Shown here: in pieces, positions 29,827-39,518 of the stretch
How the letters are laid out: each line of letters begins with the position of its first letter
Numbering within the stretch: the stretch's first letter is position 1
Source of the DNA: an uncultured SAR86 cluster bacterium
Lineage (GTDB): Bacteria; Pseudomonadota; Gammaproteobacteria; Magnimaribacterales; TMED112
DNA length: 64,000 bases
Assembly (NCBI GenBank): GCA_902526535.1
Contig: CABZLG010000002.1
Span: forward strand, 28,017 to 92,016
Direction: 5' to 3'
Notes under the pieces: generated by a model
Database searches by the model: none
What the model was told of the DNA's origin: nothing
Seen by the model: the letters and a program-made list of their open reading frames with translations, nothing else
Made by a program: the position numbers and the translations under genes

Positions 29827-30474
29827 TCACTCCCCTAAATGGAAATTAATAATCTTTAAGATTGTATCAGCACGCTCTGCAAAAGAAATATCGTGGGTAG
29901 CATACAATACAAGACAGTCATTATTTTTTGCATACTCAAGTATAAAATCTTGAACATTTTTACTATTTTCTCTATCTAAATTTCCTGTTGGCTCATCTAA
30001 TATAAGTATTTTTGGACTAGATGAAATAGCTCTTGCTATAGCAACTCTTTGTCGCTCGCCTCCTGATATTTCAGATGGATATTTATGCTTAAGATTCAAT
30101 ATGTTTAAACTTTTTAAACTTTTTATTATTTCTGGTGAATCCTTTCCAAAATTTGCTGCTAAACAGTTTTCATAAATAGTTAAATTTTCTAAAAGGTAAT
30201 GAAATTGATATACAAATCCAAAATTATCTCTCCTTATCTTGCTTTTATAATTTTGATTTTGGTCATGAAGTTCACGATCCAATACTTTTATGGAGCCGCA
30301 ATTGAAATCGTCGAGACCAGAAATAATATTTAGAAAAGTTGTTTTACCAGAACCAGATGGACCAACTAGGCTGTATGATTTATTTGACTCAAACGTGAAA
30401 TTCATTTCTTCAAAAACCTTATGGAATAGCCTGCCTTCGCCGTAATTCTTTGAAACATTCTTTAATTTAATCAT
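29827..30474 (-). CDS. lolD: lipoprotein-releasing system ATP-binding protein
   Basis: 215 aa with GPSGSGKTT, SGGERQRVAIARA and ILILDEPTGNLD. Its start overlaps the LolC/E-type permease stop by 1 nt. Confidence 0.75.
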   Translation of the reverse strand: MIKLKNVSKNYGEGRLFHKVFEEMNFTFESNKSYSLVGPSGSGKTTFLNIISGLDDFNCGSIKVLDRELHDQNQNYKSKIRRDNFGFVYQFHYLLENLTIYENCLAANFGKDSPEIIKSLKSLNILNLKHKYPSEISGGERQRVAIARAISSSPKILILDEPTGNLDRENSKNVQDFILEYAKNNDCLVLYATHDISFAERADTILKIINFHLGE

Positions 30475-31685
30475 TATTTTATAATTGAAACAGGATTTGT
30501 ATTTGCAGCTTTATTTGCAGGAATAATTCCAAAAGAAATTATTAAAAAAATAGCAATAAGATTTATTATTACAACATCTTCAAAGTTAATTATTGAGGGG
30601 AAATATTCTAGATAATAGACATCTAACACTGTGATCCCAAAAATTTGAGATAAAAAATTAAAAAATTCAGTAATGTTTAAAGACAACAAAATACCCATCA
30701 GATTTCCTAAAAAAATACCAATACCTCCTATGATGCCAATTAACTGAATAAAGATAAGCTGTATTTCTGTTTTGGAGTATCCAAAAGTTCTTAATATTGC
30801 TATCTCCTTTTCATTTACTCTTATAAGATTATTAATTGATATTAAGAGGCTGAAAATTGCAACAAGTAATATTAATGATATAAGTAATGAGATCATCATT
30901 TTTTCTAACTGAACTGCTCTGAAAAGACCTCCATAAGTGCTATTCCAGCTTATAGATGAAATTTGATCAGATTTAAAATTCATTAAAATATCTCTTCTTG
31001 TTTGACTAGCTTGCAAGACGTCTTTAAGTTTAATTTCAATTTTTTCACCATTTTTAGGATTGAATATTGATTTAAATGATTCTTTGCTTATAAGTGCATA
31101 TTTTTGATCTATCTCAGAGCCAACTGAAAAAATTCCAACAACTTTAAATGGAATAATTTTTGGCATTTCCTCCAACGGATTTTCTTCGTCTATAACAACA
31201 ATATTCACAAAATCACTTGGAAATTTACCTAATTCAAGAGCTAGCCCCTCTCCCAAAATAATATTCTTCCCATTCTCTAAGTCCAAAAGACTACCAATGC
31301 TCAAGAAATCTGGAATTATTGAAAGTTCTGATTTTTCATTAGTGCCTTTGATTACGACTCCAGAAGTAATATTTCCAGAATTTAATATTGTCTCCTTTTG
31401 AAAAAATGTTGATGCTGAACTAATGCGGGGATCAGATTTAATTTTTTCAATTGTAGCTTTTGAACTGACAAAACCTCCCTTCTTTTCTAAAACTACATGG
31501 GGAATTACACCAAGAATTCTCTTTCTTAGTTCATCCTCAAAACCATTCATAACTGAAACTACTGTTATTAACACAGCTACTCCAATGCTTACGCCTAGAG
31601 TTGTAAGTATTGAAAGAGAGGATAATTTATTCGACCCCTTTTTAAGAAGATACCTAAACGAAATTTTGTTGAGGAATGTGATCAA
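30474..31685 (-). CDS. lipoprotein-releasing system permease, LolC/LolE family (single copy)
   Basis: 403 aa with N-terminal ISFRYLLKKGSNKLSSLSILTTLGVSIGVAVLITVVSVMNGFEDELRKRILGVIPH, a periplasmic domain and a C-terminal FtsX-type TM bundle. Confidence 0.8.
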   Translation of the reverse strand: MITFLNKISFRYLLKKGSNKLSSLSILTTLGVSIGVAVLITVVSVMNGFEDELRKRILGVIPHVVLEKKGGFVSSKATIEKIKSDPRISSASTFFQKETILNSGNITSGVVIKGTNEKSELSIIPDFLSIGSLLDLENGKNIILGEGLALELGKFPSDFVNIVVIDEENPLEEMPKIIPFKVVGIFSVGSEIDQKYALISKESFKSIFNPKNGEKIEIKLKDVLQASQTRRDILMNFKSDQISSISWNSTYGGLFRAVQLEKMMISLLISLILLVAIFSLLISINNLIRVNEKEIAILRTFGYSKTEIQLIFIQLIGIIGGIGIFLGNLMGILLSLNITEFFNFLSQIFGITVLDVYYLEYFPSIINFEDVVIINLIAIFLIISFGIIPANKAANTNPVSIIK

Positions 31686-33079
31686 GAAATTCTTTTCATT
31701 AAATCTAAGAATGCTTTGAAAGATTTACCTCTGGGAGGCCGCATTGCTTCGAAGATTTTATCAAATTTGCTTTGGTAATACACGGCTCGAAGATTACTAA
31801 AATTCAAGAATCCCTCATAACCATGATAATGTCCATATCCTGAAGGTCCAACACCACCAAATGGTAAATGTGATTGTGCAAGATGAAACATTACATCATT
31901 GATAGTTACACCACCTGATTTTGTATTATTAATTACATAATCCTGTTCAGCTTTTTTATTTCCAAAAAAATAAAGACCTAGAGGATGATCATGTGAATTT
32001 ATATAATTCGTTACTTCATCCAATTTTTCAAAAGTCATCAACGGAAGAAGTGGGCCGAAGACTTCATTCTTCATAACTTCCATATCATCATTTACATTCA
32101 GAATGATCTTAGTGCCCATTAAGTTAATCTCTTGATTATCAAAATTTCCTAATTCAATTACTGATGCACCTTTAGCTTGAGCATCATTTAAATAAAGTTT
32201 CATTCTTTCATAATGATCTTTATTAACCATTGAAGTGTATGTATCCTCACCATCAGCAGTTGGAAAGAATTCTGCAAAAACGCTCCTTAAAGCGTCAACA
32301 AAATCGTTTTCTAATCCCTTTTTAATGAAAATATAATCAGGTGATAGACAGATTTGTCCATTATTCAAAGTTTTTACAAATAATATTCTTTTTGCGGCAA
32401 GTTTTAAGTCTGCATCATCTGAAATTATTGTTGGACTCTTGCCCCCCAACTCCATAGTTGTCGGTACAATATTTTCTGCAGTTTGACTAAGCACCTTCTT
32501 AGCAATTCTTCCACTGCCGGTATAGAGAAGGTGATCGAAGGGAAGTTTTGAAAACTCCTCACCTACTTCAGGACCACCTAAAAAAATTGCAAATTCTGAC
32601 TTATCAAAGTATTTTTCTACCGCATCTTTTATTAGTTTTGAAGTATTTGGAGTAAATTCTGATGGTTTTGCCATTACAGTATTTCCTGCTGCAAAAATCG
32701 ATGCTGTTGGATAAAACACCATCCCAACAGGAAAATTCCAAGGTGCAATAACTCCAACACTTCCCAGTGGAGAGGGAATCATATATGACTTTGCTCCAAG
32801 AAATCCAGCTCCATATTCTGAGGGTCTTTTAATCGACTTCATCCATTTTTTTGTATTCTTTATAGAAAAATTTAGTGTTCTAAGAGTTTGAGAAATTTCT
32901 GATGTGATTATTTCGTACTTTGATCTCATCCTATAATCAGCATTTAAGCTTTCAATTATTTGATCATCATGTGTTTCTATTAATGCTACACATCTCTTTA
33001 ATCTGTCTAATCTTTGTTCTAGAGATGGATGTCCATTCTCAATAAAGTTTCGTTTTTGCAAATCTAAAATATCTTTCAT
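31682..33079 (-). CDS. NAD(P)-dependent aldehyde dehydrogenase (class-3 / coniferyl-aldehyde-DH-like)
   Basis: 465 aa with ELGGKSP and the catalytic-Cys context NNGQICLSPDY. Confidence 0.85.
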   Translation of the reverse strand: MKDILDLQKRNFIENGHPSLEQRLDRLKRCVALIETHDDQIIESLNADYRMRSKYEIITSEISQTLRTLNFSIKNTKKWMKSIKRPSEYGAGFLGAKSYMIPSPLGSVGVIAPWNFPVGMVFYPTASIFAAGNTVMAKPSEFTPNTSKLIKDAVEKYFDKSEFAIFLGGPEVGEEFSKLPFDHLLYTGSGRIAKKVLSQTAENIVPTTMELGGKSPTIISDDADLKLAAKRILFVKTLNNGQICLSPDYIFIKKGLENDFVDALRSVFAEFFPTADGEDTYTSMVNKDHYERMKLYLNDAQAKGASVIELGNFDNQEINLMGTKIILNVNDDMEVMKNEVFGPLLPLMTFEKLDEVTNYINSHDHPLGLYFFGNKKAEQDYVINNTKSGGVTINDVMFHLAQSHLPFGGVGPSGYGHYHGYEGFLNFSNLRAVYYQSKFDKIFEAMRPPRGKSFKAFLDLMKRIS

Positions 33080-33083
33080 GATT

Positions 33084-34091
33084 TTATTTTACTAAGTCAA
33101 TTATACATTCTACCCAACTGTCATTGGAATTTAATGAGGGCACATAATCAAGTTTTTGACCACCATATTCCTCAAAAAGTTCCTTATATTCGCTACCAAT
33201 TTCAACAACTGTTTCAAGACAATCTATTGTAAATGATGGTGATACAACTAATAGATTTTTCGCTCCAGATTCTGCTAGATCTTTTATTACTTTATCTGAA
33301 AAAGGTTTTACCCATCCAGAATCAAGTCTAGACTGAAAAGAGGTAACAATTTTTTTGTTTGGTAATTTGAGTTTTTTATTTATTAGCTTAGTTGTTTCAA
33401 AACATGTAGCTTTGTAACAATAGTAGTTATCGCCATGAACGCCCCTCTCACAATCTCTATCAGAGCACAATCCTTCTTCATATACATCATTAAGTTGGCT
33501 AACAGGTAAGCCGTGGTAGCTAAAGATTAACTTGTCATATTTTTTTAAATCAAATTTTTTGATGTTTTCTACAAATGCATTGATAAATTTTGGATTATCA
33601 TAAAATTGGTCGATGGTTGTGATCTTTGGAATAACAGTCCACGAAGAAATTTCTTTGAATGTTTTTTCTAAAAATGATCCAGTTGTTGCAGATGAATACT
33701 GAGGAAATATTGGAAAAAGAATAATTTCATTAAAACCTTTTTTTTCAATATTCTTTAAAACTGAATTGATTGAGGGGTTTTTGTAACGCATGGCATAAAA
33801 AATTTCATGTGATTTATTTAATTTTTTTGAGACTTTTTTGACTAAGTCTTCCATATGGAATTTTAATGGAGAGCCCCTTCTAGTCCATAACTCCTTATAC
33901 CCTTTTGAAGATGAAAATGATCTTGTCGGGACAATTATTAAATTCACTAAGAGGTATCTAAGTAAGGATGGAATATTTATCATCCTTGAATCTGTTAAAA
34001 ATTCGCTCAAGTATTTACCAACATCGATTACTCCCGGACTATCTGGGGTGCCCAGATTAAGCATTAAAAGTGCTTTTTTACTTGTATTCAT
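33084..34091 (-). CDS. hemH: ferrochelatase
   Basis: The start is taken at the ATG at 34091 (MNTSKKALLMLNLGTPDSP), not the upstream 34130. Motifs LFPQYSSATTG and FSYHGLP are present. Confidence 0.88.
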   Translation of the reverse strand: MNTSKKALLMLNLGTPDSPGVIDVGKYLSEFLTDSRMINIPSLLRYLLVNLIIVPTRSFSSSKGYKELWTRRGSPLKFHMEDLVKKVSKKLNKSHEIFYAMRYKNPSINSVLKNIEKKGFNEIILFPIFPQYSSATTGSFLEKTFKEISSWTVIPKITTIDQFYDNPKFINAFVENIKKFDLKKYDKLIFSYHGLPVSQLNDVYEEGLCSDRDCERGVHGDNYYCYKATCFETTKLINKKLKLPNKKIVTSFQSRLDSGWVKPFSDKVIKDLAESGAKNLLVVSPSFTIDCLETVVEIGSEYKELFEEYGGQKLDYVPSLNSNDSWVECIIDLVK

Positions 34092-35283
34092 TTGTTTTAA
34101 GTATATACGGATGGAGTATTGTAAATGCAACTGTTATTACACAAACAATAGCCGATAGAGAATATAGATAAAAGTAACCATAGACATAAAGAGAAACAAA
34201 TAATGGTGCAATCATATGTCCTATTGGGTAAGTGCTTCCCAAAAGACCTGCCGCCGAGCTTTGAAAAGACTCATCATGACTCTGAGATAAAGCTGAAGCA
34301 TAACTTGGTCTAACTATTGCAAAACCTATACCATTTAAAATTAAGGCACCAATAAGAGAAAAAATATCATTTACGTAAATCAAAGCAATAAACGACAAAA
34401 ATGACAAGATAGGACCTAACAACATCATTGTTTTTAAAGACTTAAATAATGGAGTTATAAATGTTTGTGTTATTACTATAGATGTTGAATATATACCAAA
34501 GGAAATGCTTACATAAACAGCTGCATCTTGTGCAGAATAGTTTAATTTATCGAATATATAGAAGCCTAAGGTTTGAAATATTATGGCCTGTGTAATGCTC
34601 ATAAATGATGACAGAACAACAAACGGCCACACTTTTTGATCACCAATTTTTAGCCTTTTTGGTTTATTTAAAATTGCTTTTGTAGTTTCAAGATTTCTTA
34701 GCCTAATATTTAGCTGTAATGCTGCTAATAATCCTAACATTGCAAATAGCACAAATGGAATCTCATTATTAGCAAATCTGAAGAAGAATGCTCCAATTAT
34801 TGGTCCCAAAATAGTTCCTAATACAAAACCAGATTCAAGGTTTGCAAAAATTGTTGTTCTATTTTTAGTTGAGGATATTCTGCCCGCATATCCAAATAAA
34901 GCAGGTCTTGTTGCTGACCCAAATATTCCATATACCATTCTGCAAGCTATAAGGGTAGGCAAAAGTGCAGCTGATGTTATAAGTCCACGATCAAATAGAA
35001 AAATCGGAAGTATTATTAAAAACATATTTGCTGAATAACCAAGAGAACCAACTAGCGCTACAGCTCTTGTTCCGAATTTATCGCTATATCTTCCCCATAA
35101 GGGAGACATAAAAAACCATGCAAAAGCTGAAAATCCAAAGACAAGAGAAACTTCTACTTCGTTTAATCCCTGTTCTCTGGCAAAAATTGGTATTGAGGTG
35201 AAGACCAACGACTGCCCGAGACCAATGGTAAACATTGTGAAAAAAATCCATAGATAATTTTTCTCACTACGTGTTTTATACAT
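34078..35283 (-). CDS. MFS transporter
   Basis: 401 aa with about 12 hydrophobic segments and an MFS loop motif (GRYSDKFGTR). Confidence 0.8.
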   Translation of the reverse strand: MYKTRSEKNYLWIFFTMFTIGLGQSLVFTSIPIFAREQGLNEVEVSLVFGFSAFAWFFMSPLWGRYSDKFGTRAVALVGSLGYSANMFLIILPIFLFDRGLITSAALLPTLIACRMVYGIFGSATRPALFGYAGRISSTKNRTTIFANLESGFVLGTILGPIIGAFFFRFANNEIPFVLFAMLGLLAALQLNIRLRNLETTKAILNKPKRLKIGDQKVWPFVVLSSFMSITQAIIFQTLGFYIFDKLNYSAQDAAVYVSISFGIYSTSIVITQTFITPLFKSLKTMMLLGPILSFLSFIALIYVNDIFSLIGALILNGIGFAIVRPSYASALSQSHDESFQSSAAGLLGSTYPIGHMIAPLFVSLYVYGYFYLYSLSAIVCVITVAFTILHPYILKTNEYK

Positions 35284-35288
35284 TCAAT

Positions 35289-36284
35289 TTAGAATTTAGA
35301 AATGCCAATTGAACTTTTAACTTCTTCCAGTAATGGTTTGGTGAATGATCTTACTTTTTTTGCATTAGTTTGTAGAATCTCTTCAAGATAATCCTCTTTA
35401 GATTTAAGCTCAGCGTGTTTTTCCCTTATAGGAATTAAAAGTTTATTTAAATCCTCAAAAACTATTTTTTTTGCATCTCCCCAACCTATTCCATCAATAA
35501 ATTTATTTTGAAGTTCTGTTATAGATTTCTCATCTGCAAATGAGGAATATATTGAAGATAGATTATTGTCTTCCCATTCTTTTTGTTCACCAGGTTCTTG
35601 CGAGTTTGTAATTATTTTCATAACTGATTTTTTTAATTCATCTTCATCCGCAAGTAATGGAATTATGTTGTTATAGCTTTTAGACATTTTTCTTCCATCT
35701 GTACCTAAAACTGTTTTTTCTTTATTTATTACAGCTTCAGGAATATTAAAGATATTCCCAAATTTTTTATTAAACTTTTCTGCAATATCTCTGGCTATTT
35801 CTAAATGCTGTTGCTGATCTTTGCCAACTGGAACATGAGTGGCATTTGGACATAAAATATCACTAGCCATTAGGATTGGATAAGAAAATAGTCCAGCTGA
35901 AATTCCTTCTTCAACATCTTTTTTCCCATTTTTTTTATTTAAATCTATTACAGCTTTGTATGCATGAGATCTATTTAGAAGTCCTTTTTCTGTGACACAG
36001 GATAATATCCATGTGAGTTCGCTTACTTCTGGAATATCTGATTGTCTATAGAAATAAGTATTTTCTGGATCTAGTCCTGATGCTAACCATGCCAATGCTA
36101 TTGTTTTAGTGAGCTCTTTAAGCTGCTTCGCGTCTCTAATTTTTATAATTGCATGCAAATCTGCAATAAATAAAAAAGACTCATTATCTTTTTTTGCTAA
36201 ATCTAAAGAAGGCTTAATTGCACCAACATAATTTCCTAAATGAGGATAGCCACTTGGTGTAATACCTGTTAAAATGCGTTTCAT
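35289..36284 (-). CDS. trpS: tryptophan--tRNA ligase
   Basis: 331 aa with the HIGH-type motif GYPHLGNY and the KMSKS motif. Confidence 0.92.
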   Translation of the reverse strand: MKRILTGITPSGYPHLGNYVGAIKPSLDLAKKDNESFLFIADLHAIIKIRDAKQLKELTKTIALAWLASGLDPENTYFYRQSDIPEVSELTWILSCVTEKGLLNRSHAYKAVIDLNKKNGKKDVEEGISAGLFSYPILMASDILCPNATHVPVGKDQQQHLEIARDIAEKFNKKFGNIFNIPEAVINKEKTVLGTDGRKMSKSYNNIIPLLADEDELKKSVMKIITNSQEPGEQKEWEDNNLSSIYSSFADEKSITELQNKFIDGIGWGDAKKIVFEDLNKLLIPIREKHAELKSKEDYLEEILQTNAKKVRSFTKPLLEEVKSSIGISKF

Positions 36285-36323
36285 ATTTGTATTGAGGATT
36301 ATAAATAATAATAGACTAGATTT

Positions 36324-37742
36324 GTGGAAGAGAGAGCAATAAATTTAAATCAACAGCTTAATTACATTGAGCAACTTTTTTCTTCAGGCCAAATAAAAAA
36401 AGCACAAAAAGACCTTAGAAAACTAAATACACAATTTGGCAGAGATAAACCAATTCCCTCAAAATTCAGACACAGATTTCAAAGACTAAACTTTACTGCA
36501 AAAGAATTTGACGATTGGGCCGAGTTTGCAACATCAGATAAGCGAACTGAATTAATTAAGAAAGTAGGTTCTTTTGCAAATCAAAAACTTGAACCACGTA
36601 AATTAGCAAATCAAATAAATTCTCTTCAAAAGCAATGGCAAAATCTTGATCAACATGGGAAGACTGCGAGCAAGGAAAAATGGGCAACATTTAAAACAGC
36701 ATGTGAAGAGGCTTGGGCACCTTGTAAAGAATACTTTCAAGAACTGGAAGGGAAAAAGGAAGAAAACAGAGATAAAAAACTTTCACTGATAGAACAGATT
36801 ATTTCTTATCCGTCTGGAAAAACTGAAGAAACAATCACGGTTAGAGAAATTGTTAATTTCCTTAAAAATCTTCATGAAAAGTGGAAATCCTTTTCACCAG
36901 TACCAGATGCTGATTTTCAAGATTTAAATAAAAAATTCAAAGAATCTAAACAAGGAATAAATAAACTTTTATCTGATGTAGAAAATTTCAATAAAGTTAA
37001 AAAAGAAGAGGTAATTAACTTAGTGAAAGCATTAGATAAAGAAAATATTGATGAATCGATAGTTAAAATTCAGGAATATAAGGAGCAATGGAGAAGGCTC
37101 GGCCCATGTGGAAGAAAGTTAGATCCGGATGTAAATAAACAATTTGAAGAATATTGCAACGAATTTTTGTTAATTAAAGATAAAGAACTTGATGAGTCAA
37201 GAGGAATTCTTGAAGGTATCCTTAAAGATTTGAGAGATAAAAAAATTGCTCCTGGTGAGGCAGAGCAAAAATTTATAGACTTAGAAAATTTACAAGACCA
37301 ACCAGAGGCTAAGAAATTTAAAAAAGCAATTAAAGATTTTGCTGAAAAGCAGAAAAATGAAAAAGTTCAAGAAAAACTTAAAATTTATCAAAACTTCATT
37401 GAGAGCATAGTTGATATGGGTTCCAAAAAGATTTCAAAAGAACTTGTGCCATCATTTGTAAGTGGTAAGCCAAAAAATGAAATGGATCTAAATGAGGCAT
37501 CAATTCGTTTTCAAATGTTTTCTGGACTTGATCCTATCGGTCCCAAAGAGATAGTATCGAAAATTAAATTTGAGGAATTAAAAAATAGATTTGCTGAGAA
37601 AGATATAAATCAGGAGGAAAAGGTCATTGAACATTTTACCAATCTTGCCTACTCTAAGAATTTAATTGACAAAGAAAACCTGTCTGACGTTAAAAAAGCA
37701 ATGTTAAAAGCTTTAAAGAAAATTGAGACGTTGCTTCCTTAA
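36324..37742 (+). CDS. DUF349 repeat protein
   Basis: 472-aa, K/E-rich helical protein with repeated W-x-x-F/W...K motifs (EFDDWAEF, KEKWATFK, HEKWKSF, KEQWRRL). The start codon is GTG. Confidence 0.65.
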   Translation: MEERAINLNQQLNYIEQLFSSGQIKKAQKDLRKLNTQFGRDKPIPSKFRHRFQRLNFTAKEFDDWAEFATSDKRTELIKKVGSFANQKLEPRKLANQINSLQKQWQNLDQHGKTASKEKWATFKTACEEAWAPCKEYFQELEGKKEENRDKKLSLIEQIISYPSGKTEETITVREIVNFLKNLHEKWKSFSPVPDADFQDLNKKFKESKQGINKLLSDVENFNKVKKEEVINLVKALDKENIDESIVKIQEYKEQWRRLGPCGRKLDPDVNKQFEEYCNEFLLIKDKELDESRGILEGILKDLRDKKIAPGEAEQKFIDLENLQDQPEAKKFKKAIKDFAEKQKNEKVQEKLKIYQNFIESIVDMGSKKISKELVPSFVSGKPKNEMDLNEASIRFQMFSGLDPIGPKEIVSKIKFEELKNRFAEKDINQEEKVIEHFTNLAYSKNLIDKENLSDVKKAMLKALKKIETLLP

Positions 37743-37812
37743 TTGAAGAAAAATTTTGAAATTTATTTTTTTTGCTATTTTTTTAAATTAATTTAATCTT
37801 ACATTATTAGTT

Positions 37813-39057
37813 ATGCATACATCTGACCTAATAGCATTCGCCGCACCAATTTTCACATTTATGATATTTTGTGAATTTGTATATGGGTATTTTAAGAATC
37901 GAAATAATTATCGGCTAAATGATACATTTACAAGTATATCCCTAGGAATGATGAGCAGATTTCCTGCTTATTTGCAATTGGGAGTCCAGGGTTTAGTTTA
38001 TGCATTCATATGGAACCAATTTAATCTTGGCTTATTAAATTCTTACACACCACTTATTTGGGTTATAGCCTTCGTTTTGTATGATTTAAGTTATTATTGG
38101 CTTCATAGATGCCATCACGAAATAAAATTCTTATGGGCATCACATGTAGTTCATCATCATGGGGAAGAATTTAATCTTTCAACAGCCTTAAGACAAACTG
38201 GTACTGATTTTATTTTTAAATGGGTTTTTTATACTCCTATGTTATTTCTTGGAGTACCTCCAGAGATTTTTGTTACTGTAGCTGCATTAAACCTAATATA
38301 TCAATTCTGGGTGCATACAGAGCATATTGATAGGCTGGGTATTATAGATTACATTCTTGTTACTCCATCTAACCACAGAATTCATCATGCTCAAAATAAA
38401 GAGTATATAGATGCGAATTATGGTGGAGTGTTTATTATATGGGACATATTATTTGGCACATTCAAAGATGAGAAAAAAGAACTTAAGCCAGTTTATGGCA
38501 CTTCTAAACCATTAAAATCATGGAATCCATTTTGGGCAAATTTTGAAGTTTGGACTGAAATTTTTAAAGACACTTGGAGAACAAAAAGCTGGAAAGATAA
38601 ATTTAGAGTTTGGATTTCAAGACCAAAGTGGAGACCTAAAGATGTTTCTGAGAAATATCCTATTCAAAAAAACGATTTGAAAGAATTTAGAAAATATGAT
38701 CCTAAGGTAACACTTTTTGCAAAAATTTTTGGTTTTGGCCAGTTAGTATTTGGTAGCTTTTATTCACAGGCATTCTTTTTCAACGTCAGCTCAATGGGGT
38801 CTACAGAAATATTTTTAATTGGAGTAAACGTTACCATGATCTTGGTTTTTGCATCACTCTTATTCGAAGGTAAAGCTTTTGGATATCGTCTGGAAGTAGT
38901 TCGTGTAGCTTTAGTACTTGTCGCTATTTACCTCGGACAATATGAATTTATGCAATTGACAGTATTGATTCATGCAGTTATTTGCGGTGTTTTGGCTGGA
39001 TATATGACAGTTAATAACAAGCCTGCAGAATTTAACGAAGCTCGCTCGGAATCTTGA
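37813..39057 (+). CDS. fatty acid hydroxylase / sterol desaturase superfamily membrane protein with a ~190-aa C-terminal multi-TM extension
   Basis: 414 aa with His boxes HRCHHE, HVVHHH and HRIHHA in the N-terminal half. The hydrophobic C-terminal half begins at WNPFWANFEVW. Confidence 0.8.
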   Translation: MHTSDLIAFAAPIFTFMIFCEFVYGYFKNRNNYRLNDTFTSISLGMMSRFPAYLQLGVQGLVYAFIWNQFNLGLLNSYTPLIWVIAFVLYDLSYYWLHRCHHEIKFLWASHVVHHHGEEFNLSTALRQTGTDFIFKWVFYTPMLFLGVPPEIFVTVAALNLIYQFWVHTEHIDRLGIIDYILVTPSNHRIHHAQNKEYIDANYGGVFIIWDILFGTFKDEKKELKPVYGTSKPLKSWNPFWANFEVWTEIFKDTWRTKSWKDKFRVWISRPKWRPKDVSEKYPIQKNDLKEFRKYDPKVTLFAKIFGFGQLVFGSFYSQAFFFNVSSMGSTEIFLIGVNVTMILVFASLLFEGKAFGYRLEVVRVALVLVAIYLGQYEFMQLTVLIHAVICGVLAGYMTVNNKPAEFNEARSES

Positions 39058-39514
39058 ACTCAGTCAAAGTACCAATATTTTCACATACATTTACCCATTC
39101 ATCTTCAAATTCAAAACTTGCCAAGCCGCATGTTGAAAATTTTTCAATAAATTGACCTGAAAAACTTTCACTAAATTCATGCATTGAAGGGTTGTGACCA
39201 ACGATCATAAGAGAGCTTATATTATTCTCAACATCTTTAATAACTGAGTAAATATTTTGTATAGATGAATGATATATGGTTTCATTAAAAATAATATTTT
39301 GAGAAGTTTTATTAAAGAAATGATCAAGAGTTTCTTTAGTTCTTTTTGATGGACTAGAAAGGACTAAATCTAACCCCTTTCTTTTGGATTTAAAATAATT
39401 TCCCATGAGGTCAGCATCTTGAATTCCTCTAGTAGATAAGGGTCTATCAAAGTCTTTGAGAGCAAAATCATCCCAGCTTGATTTCGCATGTCTTAAAAGA
39501 TACAGATTTTTCAT
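39032..39514 (-). CDS. sixA: histidine phosphatase family protein, SixA-like
   Basis: 160 aa with the LLRHAKS catalytic motif, RPLSTRG and VGHNPSM. Confidence 0.7.
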   Translation of the reverse strand: MKNLYLLRHAKSSWDDFALKDFDRPLSTRGIQDADLMGNYFKSKRKGLDLVLSSPSKRTKETLDHFFNKTSQNIIFNETIYHSSIQNIYSVIKDVENNISSLMIVGHNPSMHEFSESFSGQFIEKFSTCGLASFEFEDEWVNVCENIGTLTEFKIPSELR

Positions 39515-39518
39515 GGTG

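Noticed and set aside
34092-34130. Upstream extensions of ORF-track starts: hemH from 34130, the SDR from the TTG at 54374, and apbE from the GTG at 7496.
   Set aside because: Internal ATGs (34091, 54419, 7469) give N-termini that match the family-typical beginnings: LNLGTPDSP, a Rossmann GxxGxxA motif at the N-terminus, and a lipoprotein signal. They also reduce implausible overlaps, including a start only 13 nt after the tRNA.
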